Positions 1-10,212 of a stretch of 64,000 bases of DNA are shown here, piece by piece; positions within the stretch are counted from its first letter, which is position 1; every line of letters begins with the position of its first letter. Origin of the DNA: Candidatus Latescibacterota bacterium (GTDB lineage: Bacteria > Latescibacterota > UBA2968 > GCA-2709665); assembly GCA_965219995.1 (NCBI GenBank), contig CBDCOX010000002.1, forward strand, positions 3,968,001 to 4,032,000. Direction: 5' to 3'. The position numbers were made by a program, and so were the translations under genes. The notes beneath the pieces are model-generated. The model saw only the letters and a list, made by a program, of their open reading frames with translations. It searched no databases and was not told the DNA's origin.

Positions 1-1631
1 CCTGGAGCTACCCCGCCTGGGACGACTTCATCATTACGGAGATCGAGATCGAGAACACGGGTGACAGCGACGGCGACGGTGAGAGGGACCTGCCCGCGGT
101 AAGGCTGGAGGACGTCTATGTTCCCATCATCGGCGCCTGGATGATCTCGGACTCGGGGCTGTCCCATTACAACCGGTCCGATAGCTGGCACTGGTACAAC
201 GTGGGCGGTCTCGACGACTGGATCGTGTATACGGAGAATGCCGGCTATTCGGGTCCCGCAAAGGGTCTGAAGATGATCGTGGACTGGGACGGCGACAGTC
301 CGGAGTTCCCCTGGGACGATACCGGCGATCCCGTCAACAAGCTGATTATTTCGCCCTCTTGCGATACGGGCCGCAAGGACGGCGAATTCACCTCGTATCA
401 GTATATGGGCTTCGGTCCGCTGGCGTACGAGGACGGCGGCGACTGGGGATTCAATACCCGGGACGCCGGCAAGTACGTGCAGCCCCAGGGCGACCAGCCC
501 CACGCTGTGCGCTTCTGGCGGATCGAAAGCACCACCGTGTCCGCGGACCCCCGTCCCGGCGCACACGACCGGGAGACCATGTACAATATGATCGCGGATG
601 CCGGATATCAGGCAAATCCGGACGAGATCGGCGTGCATTACAGCGCTCAGACCTTCGGTCCGTACTCACTGGCGCCCGGCGACAAGGCCAAGCTCGTGGT
701 GGCCTGGGTGGGCGGATCGGGCGCAGGGGAGAGCGACCTCTACACCTGGACGCGGTCGCATCTTTACGACTTCGACGGGCTGAAGAAGGGCGAGGAATGG
801 ATGGTCGAGTTCTTCAAGCGCGCGAAGTGGGCCTATGACAACGAATACGACGTGCCGGATTCGCCGCCGGACGTGTACGTGGCGGTGACAAACAGCCCGG
901 ATGCGCAGAACCTGCTCACCTGGAATTCGGCCGACGGCGCAATGAACCCGGACTATATCGGCGCGGAAGCGCAGGACGTGGCGGGTTATCGCATCTACCG
1001 GTCCGAATGGAACCCGGATGGGCCCTGGACGAGGATCGGCGAGGTCCCTGCCGGGACGCATACGTATACGGACGTCGAGTCGGTTGCCGGCTTCAACTAC
1101 TGGTATTCGGTAAGGCCGTTCGCCAGTGGCCACGAAGACTGGATGGGACGCGTGGGCACGATGGCCACCCTACCCGCGCTGGTGCAGGCACAGGTAAAGG
1201 CCGGCCTGGAAGGCGGCCAGTGGGCGAGGTCGCAGCGCAAACCGCCGTTTTTCAGCCCGAAGCAGCCTGCCGTGGGCGAGACCGAGGCGTTGGGTAGAGA
1301 GGTTTTCGTGGTGCCGAACCCGTTCCGGGTTGGCGACGCCAACCTGCAATACCCGGGCAAACCTCAGATCCGGTTCGTGAACGTGCCGAGCAAGGCCTGG
1401 ATCTACGTGTTCAACAGCGCGGGCGACATGGTCGGAAAGATCCTGCACGACGACCGCACGGATGCGCCCGACGATCCCAACGTCTGGCTGGGCGAAGCGC
1501 AGTGGGACCAGTTGGCGATGTCGCTGGGCACAGGGTCCATATCGGCGGGCGTCTACTTCTTCGTGGTGGAATCCCTCGTCTCCGAAAGCATGGGGAAAAA
1601 GCGGATTGGGAAATTCATGGTCATCCGATAG
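1..1631 (+). CDS. 5'-truncated large secreted protein with FN3-like domain and T9SS/FlgD-like C-terminal domain
   Basis: Frame is open from base 3 (WSYPAWDDFIITEIEIENTGD...), upstream of the track ATG at 141. FN3-like 'LTW...VAGYRIYRS...YTD..GFNYWYSV'. C-terminal 'VVPNPF...IRFVNVP...IYVFNSAGD...W...SAGVYFFVVE...GKFMVIR' resembles a secretion CTD. Lies directly upstream of a PorV-like gene. Confidence 0.7.
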   Translation, partial: WSYPAWDDFIITEIEIENTGDSDGDGERDLPAVRLEDVYVPIIGAWMISDSGLSHYNRSDSWHWYNVGGLDDWIVYTENAGYSGPAKGLKMIVDWDGDSPEFPWDDTGDPVNKLIISPSCDTGRKDGEFTSYQYMGFGPLAYEDGGDWGFNTRDAGKYVQPQGDQPHAVRFWRIESTTVSADPRPGAHDRETMYNMIADAGYQANPDEIGVHYSAQTFGPYSLAPGDKAKLVVAWVGGSGAGESDLYTWTRSHLYDFDGLKKGEEWMVEFFKRAKWAYDNEYDVPDSPPDVYVAVTNSPDAQNLLTWNSADGAMNPDYIGAEAQDVAGYRIYRSEWNPDGPWTRIGEVPAGTHTYTDVESVAGFNYWYSVRPFASGHEDWMGRVGTMATLPALVQAQVKAGLEGGQWARSQRKPPFFSPKQPAVGETEALGREVFVVPNPFRVGDANLQYPGKPQIRFVNVPSKAWIYVFNSAGDMVGKILHDDRTDAPDDPNVWLGEAQWDQLAMSLGTGSISAGVYFFVVESLVSESMGKKRIGKFMVIR

Positions 1632-1668
1632 CCGGCGTGCGGCAATTCCGGGAAGGAGCGATAAGCTT

Positions 1669-2649
1669 ATGAAGCGGATACTATGCATGACACTGATGAC
1701 CGTTCTCGCGGCCGGCGCATTCTGGGATTCGCCCGCGGAAGCGCGGGACGTCCCCGAAATCCTGAAGTCCGAGGATTTCCGAAAACTGGGACTGGCGTCG
1801 TTTCCGTGGATGAAAGTGACCCAGTCTGCACGTGCGGCGGGCATGGGAGATGCGTTTACGGCCGTGTCGAACGACATCAACGCGATTTTTGCCAACCCGG
1901 CCGGCCTGGTCCACCTGAAGCGGTTCGGGTACCAGCTTTCCCACACCCGGTGGCTGGTCGACACCGGATTCTACACCGGCGCATTCGCCTACAGGACGGG
2001 CTGGGGCGTGCTGGGCGTCAGTGTCGTGAACTACGACGTGGGCGATATGCCCGTGCGGACCATATTCAACCCCGAGGGCACCGGGGAAATGATCAAAGGC
2101 GGGGGAACGTCCGTTGGCGTGGCGTACGCGTTTCACGCGACCGACAAGCTGGGCCTGGGCGTCCGGGGGGTATATATTTCGGAGACCCTGCACGTGGACA
2201 ATATGACCTCCGTCGTTCTCGACGCCGGGACCCACTTTTATACCGGTTTTCGCAGTTCACGCATCGCCCTGGCCATGCGGAACTTCGGGCCGGATACCAA
2301 GGTGCTGGCGGAAGACCAGAAATTCCTGATGCCGATGAATTTCGATATCGGCGTGGCGATGGAACTCGTCGGCCAGATGGACGAGCCGAATTACCTGACC
2401 GTCTCGTTCGGCAGTTCCTATCAGGTCGACTACGAGCAGCGATGGCAGGTCGGCGCGGAGCTCTGGCTGTCGGGCGCCGTGGCTCTCAGGACCGGGTACA
2501 AGTTCAACCACGACCTGGAAACGTACAGCTTCGGCGCGGGCTTCAAGGGCAACTGGGGCGACCGGACGGTGCTGGTTGACGTCGGCTATACCGACGTCGG
2601 CGAGTTGCTGGACGCACCCATCCGGTTCAGCATCGGCGGCGCATTCTAG
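1669..2649 (+). CDS. PorV/PorQ family outer-membrane beta-barrel protein
   Basis: AAGGAG RBS then ATG at 1669; signal peptide; 'SARAAGMGDAFTAVSNDINAIFANPAGL' family motif; alternating beta-strands; terminal Phe. Confidence 0.8.
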   Translation: MKRILCMTLMTVLAAGAFWDSPAEARDVPEILKSEDFRKLGLASFPWMKVTQSARAAGMGDAFTAVSNDINAIFANPAGLVHLKRFGYQLSHTRWLVDTGFYTGAFAYRTGWGVLGVSVVNYDVGDMPVRTIFNPEGTGEMIKGGGTSVGVAYAFHATDKLGLGVRGVYISETLHVDNMTSVVLDAGTHFYTGFRSSRIALAMRNFGPDTKVLAEDQKFLMPMNFDIGVAMELVGQMDEPNYLTVSFGSSYQVDYEQRWQVGAELWLSGAVALRTGYKFNHDLETYSFGAGFKGNWGDRTVLVDVGYTDVGELLDAPIRFSIGGAF

Positions 2650-2848
2650 TACCGGGCGCCGGGGCGGCCCCTGTTGGGGCCACTCGACGTAAACAGCGCT
2701 AACGGCGGCGCAATGTGTCTCCGGCCGGGTCGGCGGGAAGGGGCATTGGCCGCCGTTTTGTTATCGAAACAGGGGCTGGCAGAGGGAGAGGCGGGGTCGG
2801 GATGGGATCGACCGGGGGTCCATGGCATCAACCCGGCGCGGGGTGGTC

Positions 2849-3736
2849 ATGCGTGCCATCAGAATATTGAACATATGTCTTGTTTGGTGGAGCGTTTCGG
2901 CTTGCGGCGGGGCGGATGAGCCGCCGACCAGCGCGGTGGAGGAAGTCGACCCGAGTGTGGACAGGCCCCTTCCCGTGGGCCTGGTGCGGCTTTTCGGCGG
3001 CGTTGAGATGGTTCGGGTGCCCGCCGGCAATTTCACCATGGGCATGGAAAGGGGGCCGGTCGATCAGCAGCCGGCCCGGCAGGTGTACCTGAGCGCCTTC
3101 TACATCGACCGGTATGAAGCGACCAACGCCCGGTATTTCAGGTTCTGGGCGGCTCCCGACGGCGGCAACCGGCAACGGCATACGCCGGCCAGCCACGGGT
3201 CCAGGAACGGCATCGGAGACTGGCCCGAGCGGGCGGAGACCCGGCCGAACTTTCCGGTCGTGGGGGTCAGCTGGTTCGACGCGGCCGCGTACTGCGCCTG
3301 GCGTGGGGCCAGGCTGCCTACGGAAGCGGAGTGGGAGAAGACCGCGCGCGGCGACGAAGCGAGAGAGCCGTATCCCTGGAACAAGGGGCTGAACGGGTCC
3401 AGAGCGAACTACAGGGACGGCGACGACGGGTACGACAATACGCTCGCGCCGGTGGGAAACTATCCCGAGGGCGTCAGCTTTTACGGGGCGATGGACCTGG
3501 TTGGGAACGTCTGGGAGTGGTGCGCGGACTACTACGATTCCGAATATTATAAAGTGAGCGCCACCATCGGCCCCACGGGGCCGGAGCAGGGAGAGTTCCG
3601 GGTACTTCGGGGCGGGTCCTGGCGGACCGCCGCGGGACAGGATCCGAACAAACTCAGCATCACCTACCGAAGCTGGTCGGATCCCACGGGAGCTACGGAT
3701 GGATGGGGCGTCCGGTGCGCGAGGGACGTAAACTGA
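2849..3736 (+). CDS. Formylglycine-generating-enzyme (SUMF1/FGE-sulfatase) domain lipoprotein
   Basis: Motifs 'VPAGNFTMG', 'FYIDRYEATNARY', 'PVVGVSWFDAAAYCAW..RLPTEAEWEK', 'GNVWEW', 'RGGSW'; lipobox-like VSAC. Confidence 0.85.
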   Translation: MRAIRILNICLVWWSVSACGGADEPPTSAVEEVDPSVDRPLPVGLVRLFGGVEMVRVPAGNFTMGMERGPVDQQPARQVYLSAFYIDRYEATNARYFRFWAAPDGGNRQRHTPASHGSRNGIGDWPERAETRPNFPVVGVSWFDAAAYCAWRGARLPTEAEWEKTARGDEAREPYPWNKGLNGSRANYRDGDDGYDNTLAPVGNYPEGVSFYGAMDLVGNVWEWCADYYDSEYYKVSATIGPTGPEQGEFRVLRGGSWRTAAGQDPNKLSITYRSWSDPTGATDGWGVRCARDVN

Positions 3737-3738
3737 AC

Positions 3739-4596
3739 ATGCGCGGTTGGAGGTGGCCCCGAGCTGCCAGGATTCTATTGCTGTTGTGTTTCGGATGCAA
3801 TGGCGGGTCCATTCTGGACGACCTCCCCGACGGCGTCTTCCTCGACCGCACGCCGGCGGGGACCGTGGACACGATGCTGGCGGTGACCGCAGGCGACTTT
3901 CTGATGGGAACGAACCGGGGATTCGACCCCGAGGGCCCCGCGCACGTCGTCTATCTCAGCGCCTTTTACATTGACAAATACGAGGTGACCAACGCTCAAT
4001 TCCGTGCGTATGCGGGCGCTACGGGTGGTTCATTGCCGCCGGAGATCGGGAATCCGCTGTTTTCCGAGGACCGCCAGCCGGTGGTGGGGGTGACCTGGGC
4101 GGAGGCGGATGCCTACTGCCGGTGGCGGGGAGCACGCCTGCCCACCGAGGCGCAATGGGAGAAGGCGGCACGGGGGACCGACGGACGCACGTACCCGTGG
4201 GGTGAAGAAGCGCCAGGTGCGGACCACGCAATCATGGATCTGGGCGGAAGGTGCGGACGCACGAACTGGGCCGATCCCTCGGCGGGTGCGGTGCCCGGGG
4301 AGTTCTGTCATACCATGCCCGTGGGTTCCAGGCCCAGGGGCGCGAGCCCGTACGGGTTGCTGGACATGGCAGGGAATGCCTGGGAGTGGTGTAACGACTG
4401 GTACGACGATACCTACTACAGTCGAAGTCCGGGGGACGAACCAACCGGCCCGGCGTCCGGGACGTTCCGTGTGGTCAGGGGCAGTTCCTGGCATCACCTG
4501 CCCCATTATCTGAAAACGTCGGCCCGGTTCAGATTCTATCCCGACCAGAGGGGCAATTTCATTGGCTTTCGCTGTGTTCGGGGCGTACATAAATAG
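3739..4596 (+). CDS. FGE-sulfatase (SUMF1-like) domain lipoprotein, second paralog
   Basis: 'FYIDKYEVTNAQF', 'RLPTEAQWEKAARG', 'DMAGNAWEW', 'IGFRC'; lipobox-like CFGC. Confidence 0.85.
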   Translation: MRGWRWPRAARILLLLCFGCNGGSILDDLPDGVFLDRTPAGTVDTMLAVTAGDFLMGTNRGFDPEGPAHVVYLSAFYIDKYEVTNAQFRAYAGATGGSLPPEIGNPLFSEDRQPVVGVTWAEADAYCRWRGARLPTEAQWEKAARGTDGRTYPWGEEAPGADHAIMDLGGRCGRTNWADPSAGAVPGEFCHTMPVGSRPRGASPYGLLDMAGNAWEWCNDWYDDTYYSRSPGDEPTGPASGTFRVVRGSSWHHLPHYLKTSARFRFYPDQRGNFIGFRCVRGVHK

Positions 4597-4624
4597 CCTT
4601 TGCAGGAGCGTCGGAGGCCGGGGG

Positions 4625-5737
4625 TTGTGCGTGCTCGCGGTCTTCGTATCGATGGCGCAGCCATCGATCGCAAGCGCCGGGAAGGCCGCCCTCGACGATA
4701 GCGTCGCGATCGGGTTGTCCCGGGCGATCGGCGTGGCCGATTCGACGTTGACGGGATCCGGGGCAGGAGTGACACAGGGTGCGTTTCCCCTGTTCGCCGA
4801 AGCCGCCGGACTCCTGGCCGAATGCAGGGTTGAGAACGGAGCGGGATGGAATCTGACCCGGCAGACGATCGACTTCTCTTCCGCTCGCCTGCGCGAGGCC
4901 CTGGCGGCAGCGCCGGAATTCGCCGCCGCACACTACCTTCTGGGCCTGATGGAGGCTAGGCAGCGCAGGTACGGGGACGCGCTGGCAGCCTGGCGGCGTG
5001 CGGCGCAGGCCGGCCCGCCCTTTTCCGTCGGACCGTTGAAGGCGCTGTTCATGCGTGCGGTCTCCCGCTGCCAGGGCGCCGCGGAGCAGGTTGCAAGGGG
5101 CACGCAGTATCTGGACCGGGGGAAGGTCCAGGAGGCGCGCGCGGCCTACACGGAGGCCGTTGCGATGATGCCGGACTACGCCGAGGCCCATGCGAACCTG
5201 GGCCTTGTCCTTATGCTCACCGGGGATCTCGACGGAGCCGTTTCCCGTCAGCTGGAAGCCATTCGGCTGAACCCCGGGCTGGCTGAAGCGTTTTATAACC
5301 TGGGGAACGTGTATTCCCGGCATCGAAAGTATAGGGAAGCGGTGACAGCGTACCGGGAGGCCATCCGGTTGAAGCCGGATGACGCGCCGCCGGATTCGGT
5401 CGTGTCGTTTGTCGACGCACATCAGGGGGCGTATACCCGGTCCGTGGCCGGGTACCAGCACGCCCGGCGCTACGCCGGACTGGCGAACGCGTATTTCAAT
5501 CTCGGCGACCACAAAGCGGCAATAGAAGCATACAGCCGCGCGGTCGGGCTCGCCCCGGACTTTGCCGACGGGCATTACAATCTTGGCGTCGTCTACGAAC
5601 GGACGGGCGACGTGGCGAGTGCTATCCGCCACTGGCGGGCATTTTTGAGACTCGCACGCGACGACCCGGCGCAGAAGGCCTGGGTAGCGGACGCCAGGAC
5701 GAGGCTGAATCTGCTGGAGAATTCGCGAAAAAAGTGA
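4625..5737 (+). CDS. Tetratricopeptide repeat protein
   Basis: Several TPR repeats (AEAHANLG, AEAFYNLG, ADGHYNLG). TTG start at 4625 chosen from the GGAGG RBS; start uncertain. Confidence 0.8.
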   Translation: MCVLAVFVSMAQPSIASAGKAALDDSVAIGLSRAIGVADSTLTGSGAGVTQGAFPLFAEAAGLLAECRVENGAGWNLTRQTIDFSSARLREALAAAPEFAAAHYLLGLMEARQRRYGDALAAWRRAAQAGPPFSVGPLKALFMRAVSRCQGAAEQVARGTQYLDRGKVQEARAAYTEAVAMMPDYAEAHANLGLVLMLTGDLDGAVSRQLEAIRLNPGLAEAFYNLGNVYSRHRKYREAVTAYREAIRLKPDDAPPDSVVSFVDAHQGAYTRSVAGYQHARRYAGLANAYFNLGDHKAAIEAYSRAVGLAPDFADGHYNLGVVYERTGDVASAIRHWRAFLRLARDDPAQKAWVADARTRLNLLENSRKK

Positions 5738-7467
5738 GACGCTCCGGGATCATATGGGTTGTTTTCGCGTTCCTGACGTGCGTGGAGGGAGAGTGCCTCG
5801 CCCAGGGTGTGATCTTCAAGGATGTGACCCGGTCCGCAGGAATCCGGTTCAGGCACGACAACGGCGGTTCCGGCAGGGAATATATGCCGGAGACCATGGG
5901 GTCCGGATGCGCGTTCTGGGACTATGACGGCGATGGGGATGCGGATATTCTCCTGGTCAACTCCGCCCCGTTGAACGGTCGCCAACCGGAGACGCCTTCC
6001 ACGATGGTACTCTACCGGAACGAAGGCGACGGGACCTTTTCGGATGTGACGGCCCGGGCGGGGCTCAAGCGCGCGATGTACGGGATGGGTTGCGCGGCAG
6101 GAGACTACGATAACGATGGAGACAGCGACCTGTACGTGGCCTGCCTGGGCGCGAACCGGCTGTTCAGGAATCGTGGAGGCGGTAGGTTCGAGGACGTCAC
6201 GGTGCAGATGGGGGTGGGGGATTCGACGTGGAGCGTGTGCGCGGTCTGGCTGGACTACGATCGGGACGGCGACCTGGACCTGTTCGTGGGAAACTATCTG
6301 CAATGGTCCGCGGCAAGGGATGACTGGCTGTCGGCGCGTTCCAGCGGACGGTCTTACGCCCCGCAGCTGTACGATCCGGTGTACTCCCGGCTTTACCGCA
6401 ACGACGGAGACCGTTTTGAGGACGTCACGGATGCTTCCGGAATCGGCGAAAAGCCGGGAAAAGGCATGTCCGCGGTCGCCCTGGATTACAACGGCGACGG
6501 ATGGTCCGACATCCTGATGTCCAACGACACGATGCCGGACTATCTGTACCGCAACAACGGAGACGGCACGTTTACGGAGGACGGGATTCTGGCCGGCGTG
6601 GCGTACAGCGCCGCCGGAGAGGCGAAATCGGGAATGGGGGTCGACGCCGGAGATCTGCGCAATACCGGCAGGGAGGACGTGGCCATCGGGAATTTCGCCT
6701 TCGAGATGATCTCGTTGTTCCGGAACCAGGATGGCGCGTATTTCACGGATGAGACCCTGCCTTCGGGCGTAGGGCACCCGAGCGCGTCGTTCGTCACCTT
6801 CGGCGTTTTCTTTTTCGACTACGATCTGGACGGCCACCTGGATCTCTTTGCGGCGAACGGGCACGTTGACAGCCGGATCCACCGGGTCAAATCGCATCTC
6901 AGCCATGCCCAGCGCCCGTTACTTTACAGGAACACGGGCGGCGGCAGTTTCGTGGAAGTGGGGGGGACAAGCGGCGATCTGTCCGACCCCATGGTGGGGC
7001 GCGGCGCCGCGTATGCCGACTATGACGGCGACGGCGACCTGGACGTGCTCGTGTCCGCCAACAACGGGCATCCCGCGCTTCTGCGCAACGAAGGCGGCAC
7101 CCGGAACCGCTGCCTGAGGGTCAGGTTGATCGGCGGCGGCACGTCCGCGTTCGCCCGTCACCGGAAGCCGAACCTGGATCAATCGTGGTCCAACCGGGAC
7201 GGCATTGGCGCGACCGTTCGCTTGCGTTCGGGCGAGGGGGTGCAGACGCGTTACGTACGGGCCGGGTCGAGTTATTGTTCGCAAAGCGAGCGGATATTGA
7301 CGTTCGGGCTGGCTGGCTGGCGTTCCGTCGACGAAGTTGAGGTGGACTGGCCTTCCGGACGCGTAGAGCGAATCAACGACGTTTCAGCAGGACAGACGGT
7401 GACCATTCGGGAGGGAAGGGGAATTGTTGCCAGTACGCCGCTGAGAACCGTACCCGCGGCGGATTGA
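5734..7467 (+). CDS. CRTAC1 family protein (FG-GAP/VCBS repeats plus ASPIC/UnbV C-terminal domain)
   Basis: Repeated DYDGDGDxD motifs; C-terminal 'NRDGIGA...GSSYCSQS...FGL...VDWPSG'. Confidence 0.9.
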   Translation: MRRSGIIWVVFAFLTCVEGECLAQGVIFKDVTRSAGIRFRHDNGGSGREYMPETMGSGCAFWDYDGDGDADILLVNSAPLNGRQPETPSTMVLYRNEGDGTFSDVTARAGLKRAMYGMGCAAGDYDNDGDSDLYVACLGANRLFRNRGGGRFEDVTVQMGVGDSTWSVCAVWLDYDRDGDLDLFVGNYLQWSAARDDWLSARSSGRSYAPQLYDPVYSRLYRNDGDRFEDVTDASGIGEKPGKGMSAVALDYNGDGWSDILMSNDTMPDYLYRNNGDGTFTEDGILAGVAYSAAGEAKSGMGVDAGDLRNTGREDVAIGNFAFEMISLFRNQDGAYFTDETLPSGVGHPSASFVTFGVFFFDYDLDGHLDLFAANGHVDSRIHRVKSHLSHAQRPLLYRNTGGGSFVEVGGTSGDLSDPMVGRGAAYADYDGDGDLDVLVSANNGHPALLRNEGGTRNRCLRVRLIGGGTSAFARHRKPNLDQSWSNRDGIGATVRLRSGEGVQTRYVRAGSSYCSQSERILTFGLAGWRSVDEVEVDWPSGRVERINDVSAGQTVTIREGRGIVASTPLRTVPAAD

Positions 7468-7484
7468 GACAAAAGGGGCATATT

Positions 7485-9956
7485 ATGAAAACCGGATATC
7501 GATTCCAGCCTGGCCTCAGTTCGCGACGCTTCATTCCGTTCCTGCTGATTGGAGTTTGTGTATCGCCGGCGGCCGGTGCGCTTTCGGTGCGAGACTCGCT
7601 GCTCGCCGTTGGGGAGCGCCAGATGGACGGCCGCCAACACGACAAGGCCGTGGATACCCTGTCCCGGCTTGCCAAATCCTTTTCGGATGATGGGCATATC
7701 CTCACGCGCCTGGGGTACGCGCAATTGAGGATTCAGGAATTCGAGGCGGCCAAAGGTTCCTTTCAATCGGCCCTTAAGCTGGATGAGGACAATGCGGCCG
7801 CCCACGCGGGACTCGCGCTTTCCTACGCGGAGATTCCTGCCAAGGGGATCAGCGCCCTCCATAACTTCCGGCGGGCGGTCGGCGCCGCAAAGAAGGCCAT
7901 CGAACTGGATCCCGACCAGGCCGTCGCATACCGGGCACTGGGAGAGGCGCATGCGCGTTTCAAAGAGGACCACGAGAAGGCGCTCGGGTATTTCGAGACC
8001 TACCTGGAAAAGGAACCGGACGATCCGGACGGCCTCTATTATTTCGGCCTGGCGTGTATCGAGGCCGAAGCCTACGACAAGATCTCGGACTACATCATTC
8101 CCCACGTCGAGGCGCTCGTCGGGGAGACCCGGCTGCTTCCGATGATCGCGCAGGGATACTTCTTCGAGGAGAAGTACGAAGAAGCGCAGAAGTACTTCGA
8201 GCGTTTCCTCGAGCGTTCGAGCAAGGAGGAAAGGGACCTCTACACGGATATCTCAAATGCCGCTTCTTCCGAGGAACTTCGGGAATACGAAGCGCTGTTG
8301 GAGAAGTCAGACCGCGAGGCTTACGTGGAGCGGTTCTGGCTCCGGCGCGACCCCGATATGATGACCCGCGTCAACGAACGCGTCGTGGAACATTACAGGA
8401 GAGTCTGGTATGCGCGGGCATATTTTGCCGAGAAAGTCTCACCCTGGGATAAGCGCGGGGAAGTCTACATCCGATACGGGAAGCCGGACTACCGGTCGCG
8501 GTCCTATCAGCGCGACCTGACGCTCACACCCGACGTGGAGGCCGTCCGCATGCGCATGGCGGCCAGTCTCTACGGCGCCGAGGCGTCCTTCATGACGTTT
8601 ACCGGCCCGGTGTTTCCCATCCGGGCGTTTCGTCATCCCATCACCCGGCGTACGCTGGATGAGATGCATGGGTTCGGTGCCGCCGACCAACGCGACGCCA
8701 CGTTTCAGGAGGACGGCTTTACGACCAATACCGATGCCGCGGATGAGGAGGAATTTCAGGAACGGGACCTGGAGGCGACTCCGCTGACCGCGCCGCTCAC
8801 CCGGAGTGACTACGACGACCAGGACGGGGCGAGGTTTGATGAGTTCGGAAATCAGATCGCCCGGATCAAGTTCGGCGACTACATTCCCGTCACGATTCAC
8901 ACCGATATGGCCACTGTACCCTGGGAAACCTGGATCTATACCCAGATTCAGGGAGGCATCGAGATTGTGTTTACGGACGAGAACAAGAGCGGTGTTTTCA
9001 ATTTCGCCCCGATTCCACCCGTGACCGCCCTGGAAAGACAGATCGTCAATGTGACCCGCCTGGTCAGATACGCGCCCGAGATCATTTACCAGAATGCCAG
9101 GAACGAGACGCCCGACTACTACAGGCCGGGCGTCCATGGGCCCGCGCTGAATTTCTATTACGATCTCGCCAACTTCCAGGGTTCCGACGGGGAGACCAAC
9201 GTTGAAGTCTATTACGGCATTCCGCCCGGACAGGTGCAGATAGCCGAGCAGGCGGATTCCGCGCAGGTCCGCGTCCAGTGCGCGATGGCCCTGGCCGACG
9301 CCGCGCACACGACGATTTATCGGGACACACGGGAGTTCAACTACGAAGGACGGGCTGACTTCGAGAGGGTCAGAGGCGCATTTCTGCCCGAAATGCTCAA
9401 AACCGGTGTGCCGCCCGGCAAATACGAACTCCAGGTGCAGATCAAGGACCTGGCGTCGGGGCACACCGGACTCTACAAGCAGGCTGTCGAGGTTCCCGAC
9501 TATAACGTCGCGAAGCTCAAGATCAGCGATATCCTTCTGGCTTCGGACATTCGCGAAACGGGCTCGGCAGGCAAGTTCAAGAAGGGCGACATCCGGGTCG
9601 TCCCGATGCCCACGAGGAATTACAGGGAGGCGCAGAAGGTATACGCCTACTACGAAATCTACAACCTCGAAAAGAACCGTTTCGGGCAGACCGATTACGA
9701 GGTGCAATACGTCGTCCGAAACGTCGTCGGGCGGTCGGAAGGCGTCGTTGGCGCCATCTCTTCGCTCTTCAAGCGCAGGAAGACGCAGGTGTCGGTTGCG
9801 TACGACCACGCGGGAACCGTCACCACCGAACAGCAGTACTTTGAAATCGACCTGGACAAGGCCAAGCCTGGAGTGCAGGTCCTGGAGGTGAAGATCAGGG
9901 ACAGGGTCAGCGGAACCAGCGACACCCGCGAGATTCAATTCCGCTACGGGATCTGA
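7485..9956 (+). CDS. TPR plus GWxTD-domain protein
   Basis: N-terminal signal and TPRs; 'FWLRRDP...NER..EHYRRV.YA...F....WDKRGEVYIRYGKPD', a GWxTD-family signature variant. Confidence 0.8.
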   Translation: MKTGYRFQPGLSSRRFIPFLLIGVCVSPAAGALSVRDSLLAVGERQMDGRQHDKAVDTLSRLAKSFSDDGHILTRLGYAQLRIQEFEAAKGSFQSALKLDEDNAAAHAGLALSYAEIPAKGISALHNFRRAVGAAKKAIELDPDQAVAYRALGEAHARFKEDHEKALGYFETYLEKEPDDPDGLYYFGLACIEAEAYDKISDYIIPHVEALVGETRLLPMIAQGYFFEEKYEEAQKYFERFLERSSKEERDLYTDISNAASSEELREYEALLEKSDREAYVERFWLRRDPDMMTRVNERVVEHYRRVWYARAYFAEKVSPWDKRGEVYIRYGKPDYRSRSYQRDLTLTPDVEAVRMRMAASLYGAEASFMTFTGPVFPIRAFRHPITRRTLDEMHGFGAADQRDATFQEDGFTTNTDAADEEEFQERDLEATPLTAPLTRSDYDDQDGARFDEFGNQIARIKFGDYIPVTIHTDMATVPWETWIYTQIQGGIEIVFTDENKSGVFNFAPIPPVTALERQIVNVTRLVRYAPEIIYQNARNETPDYYRPGVHGPALNFYYDLANFQGSDGETNVEVYYGIPPGQVQIAEQADSAQVRVQCAMALADAAHTTIYRDTREFNYEGRADFERVRGAFLPEMLKTGVPPGKYELQVQIKDLASGHTGLYKQAVEVPDYNVAKLKISDILLASDIRETGSAGKFKKGDIRVVPMPTRNYREAQKVYAYYEIYNLEKNRFGQTDYEVQYVVRNVVGRSEGVVGAISSLFKRRKTQVSVAYDHAGTVTTEQQYFEIDLDKAKPGVQVLEVKIRDRVSGTSDTREIQFRYGI

Positions 9957-9983
9957 GACAACGGGCTGTCAAGGGAGGAACGC

Positions 9984-10013
9984 AATCAGGGCGCAGTACG
10001 CTGCGCCCTGATT
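9984..10013. terminator. Perfect 13-bp hairpin (terminator or REP-like) after the envelope gene string
   Basis: AATCAGGGCGCAG-TACG-CTGCGCCCTGATT. Confidence 0.55.
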
Positions 10014-10212
10014 CTATCTGTGCCTCTTGCGACAATTGACGTCAGGCATGAATTCTTCGTTTTTTCAATTGCGGCTTTCGTAGTTTCTGAAGTTGGTTTT
10101 CTCGTGCCTTTGTCGCGCTTTTTGGTTTTCATCCTGTCCATCCTGTCCATCCATGTTTGTTACGTTTCATGAACGAATGGGGCTAAGTCGCTTCTCACGG
10201 AGGTACCGGGCA

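Noticed and set aside
2849-4596. FGE/C-type-lectin-fold genes as possible diversity-generating retroelement targets
   Set aside because: No reverse transcriptase and no template-repeat/variable-repeat pair differing at adenines was seen in the window
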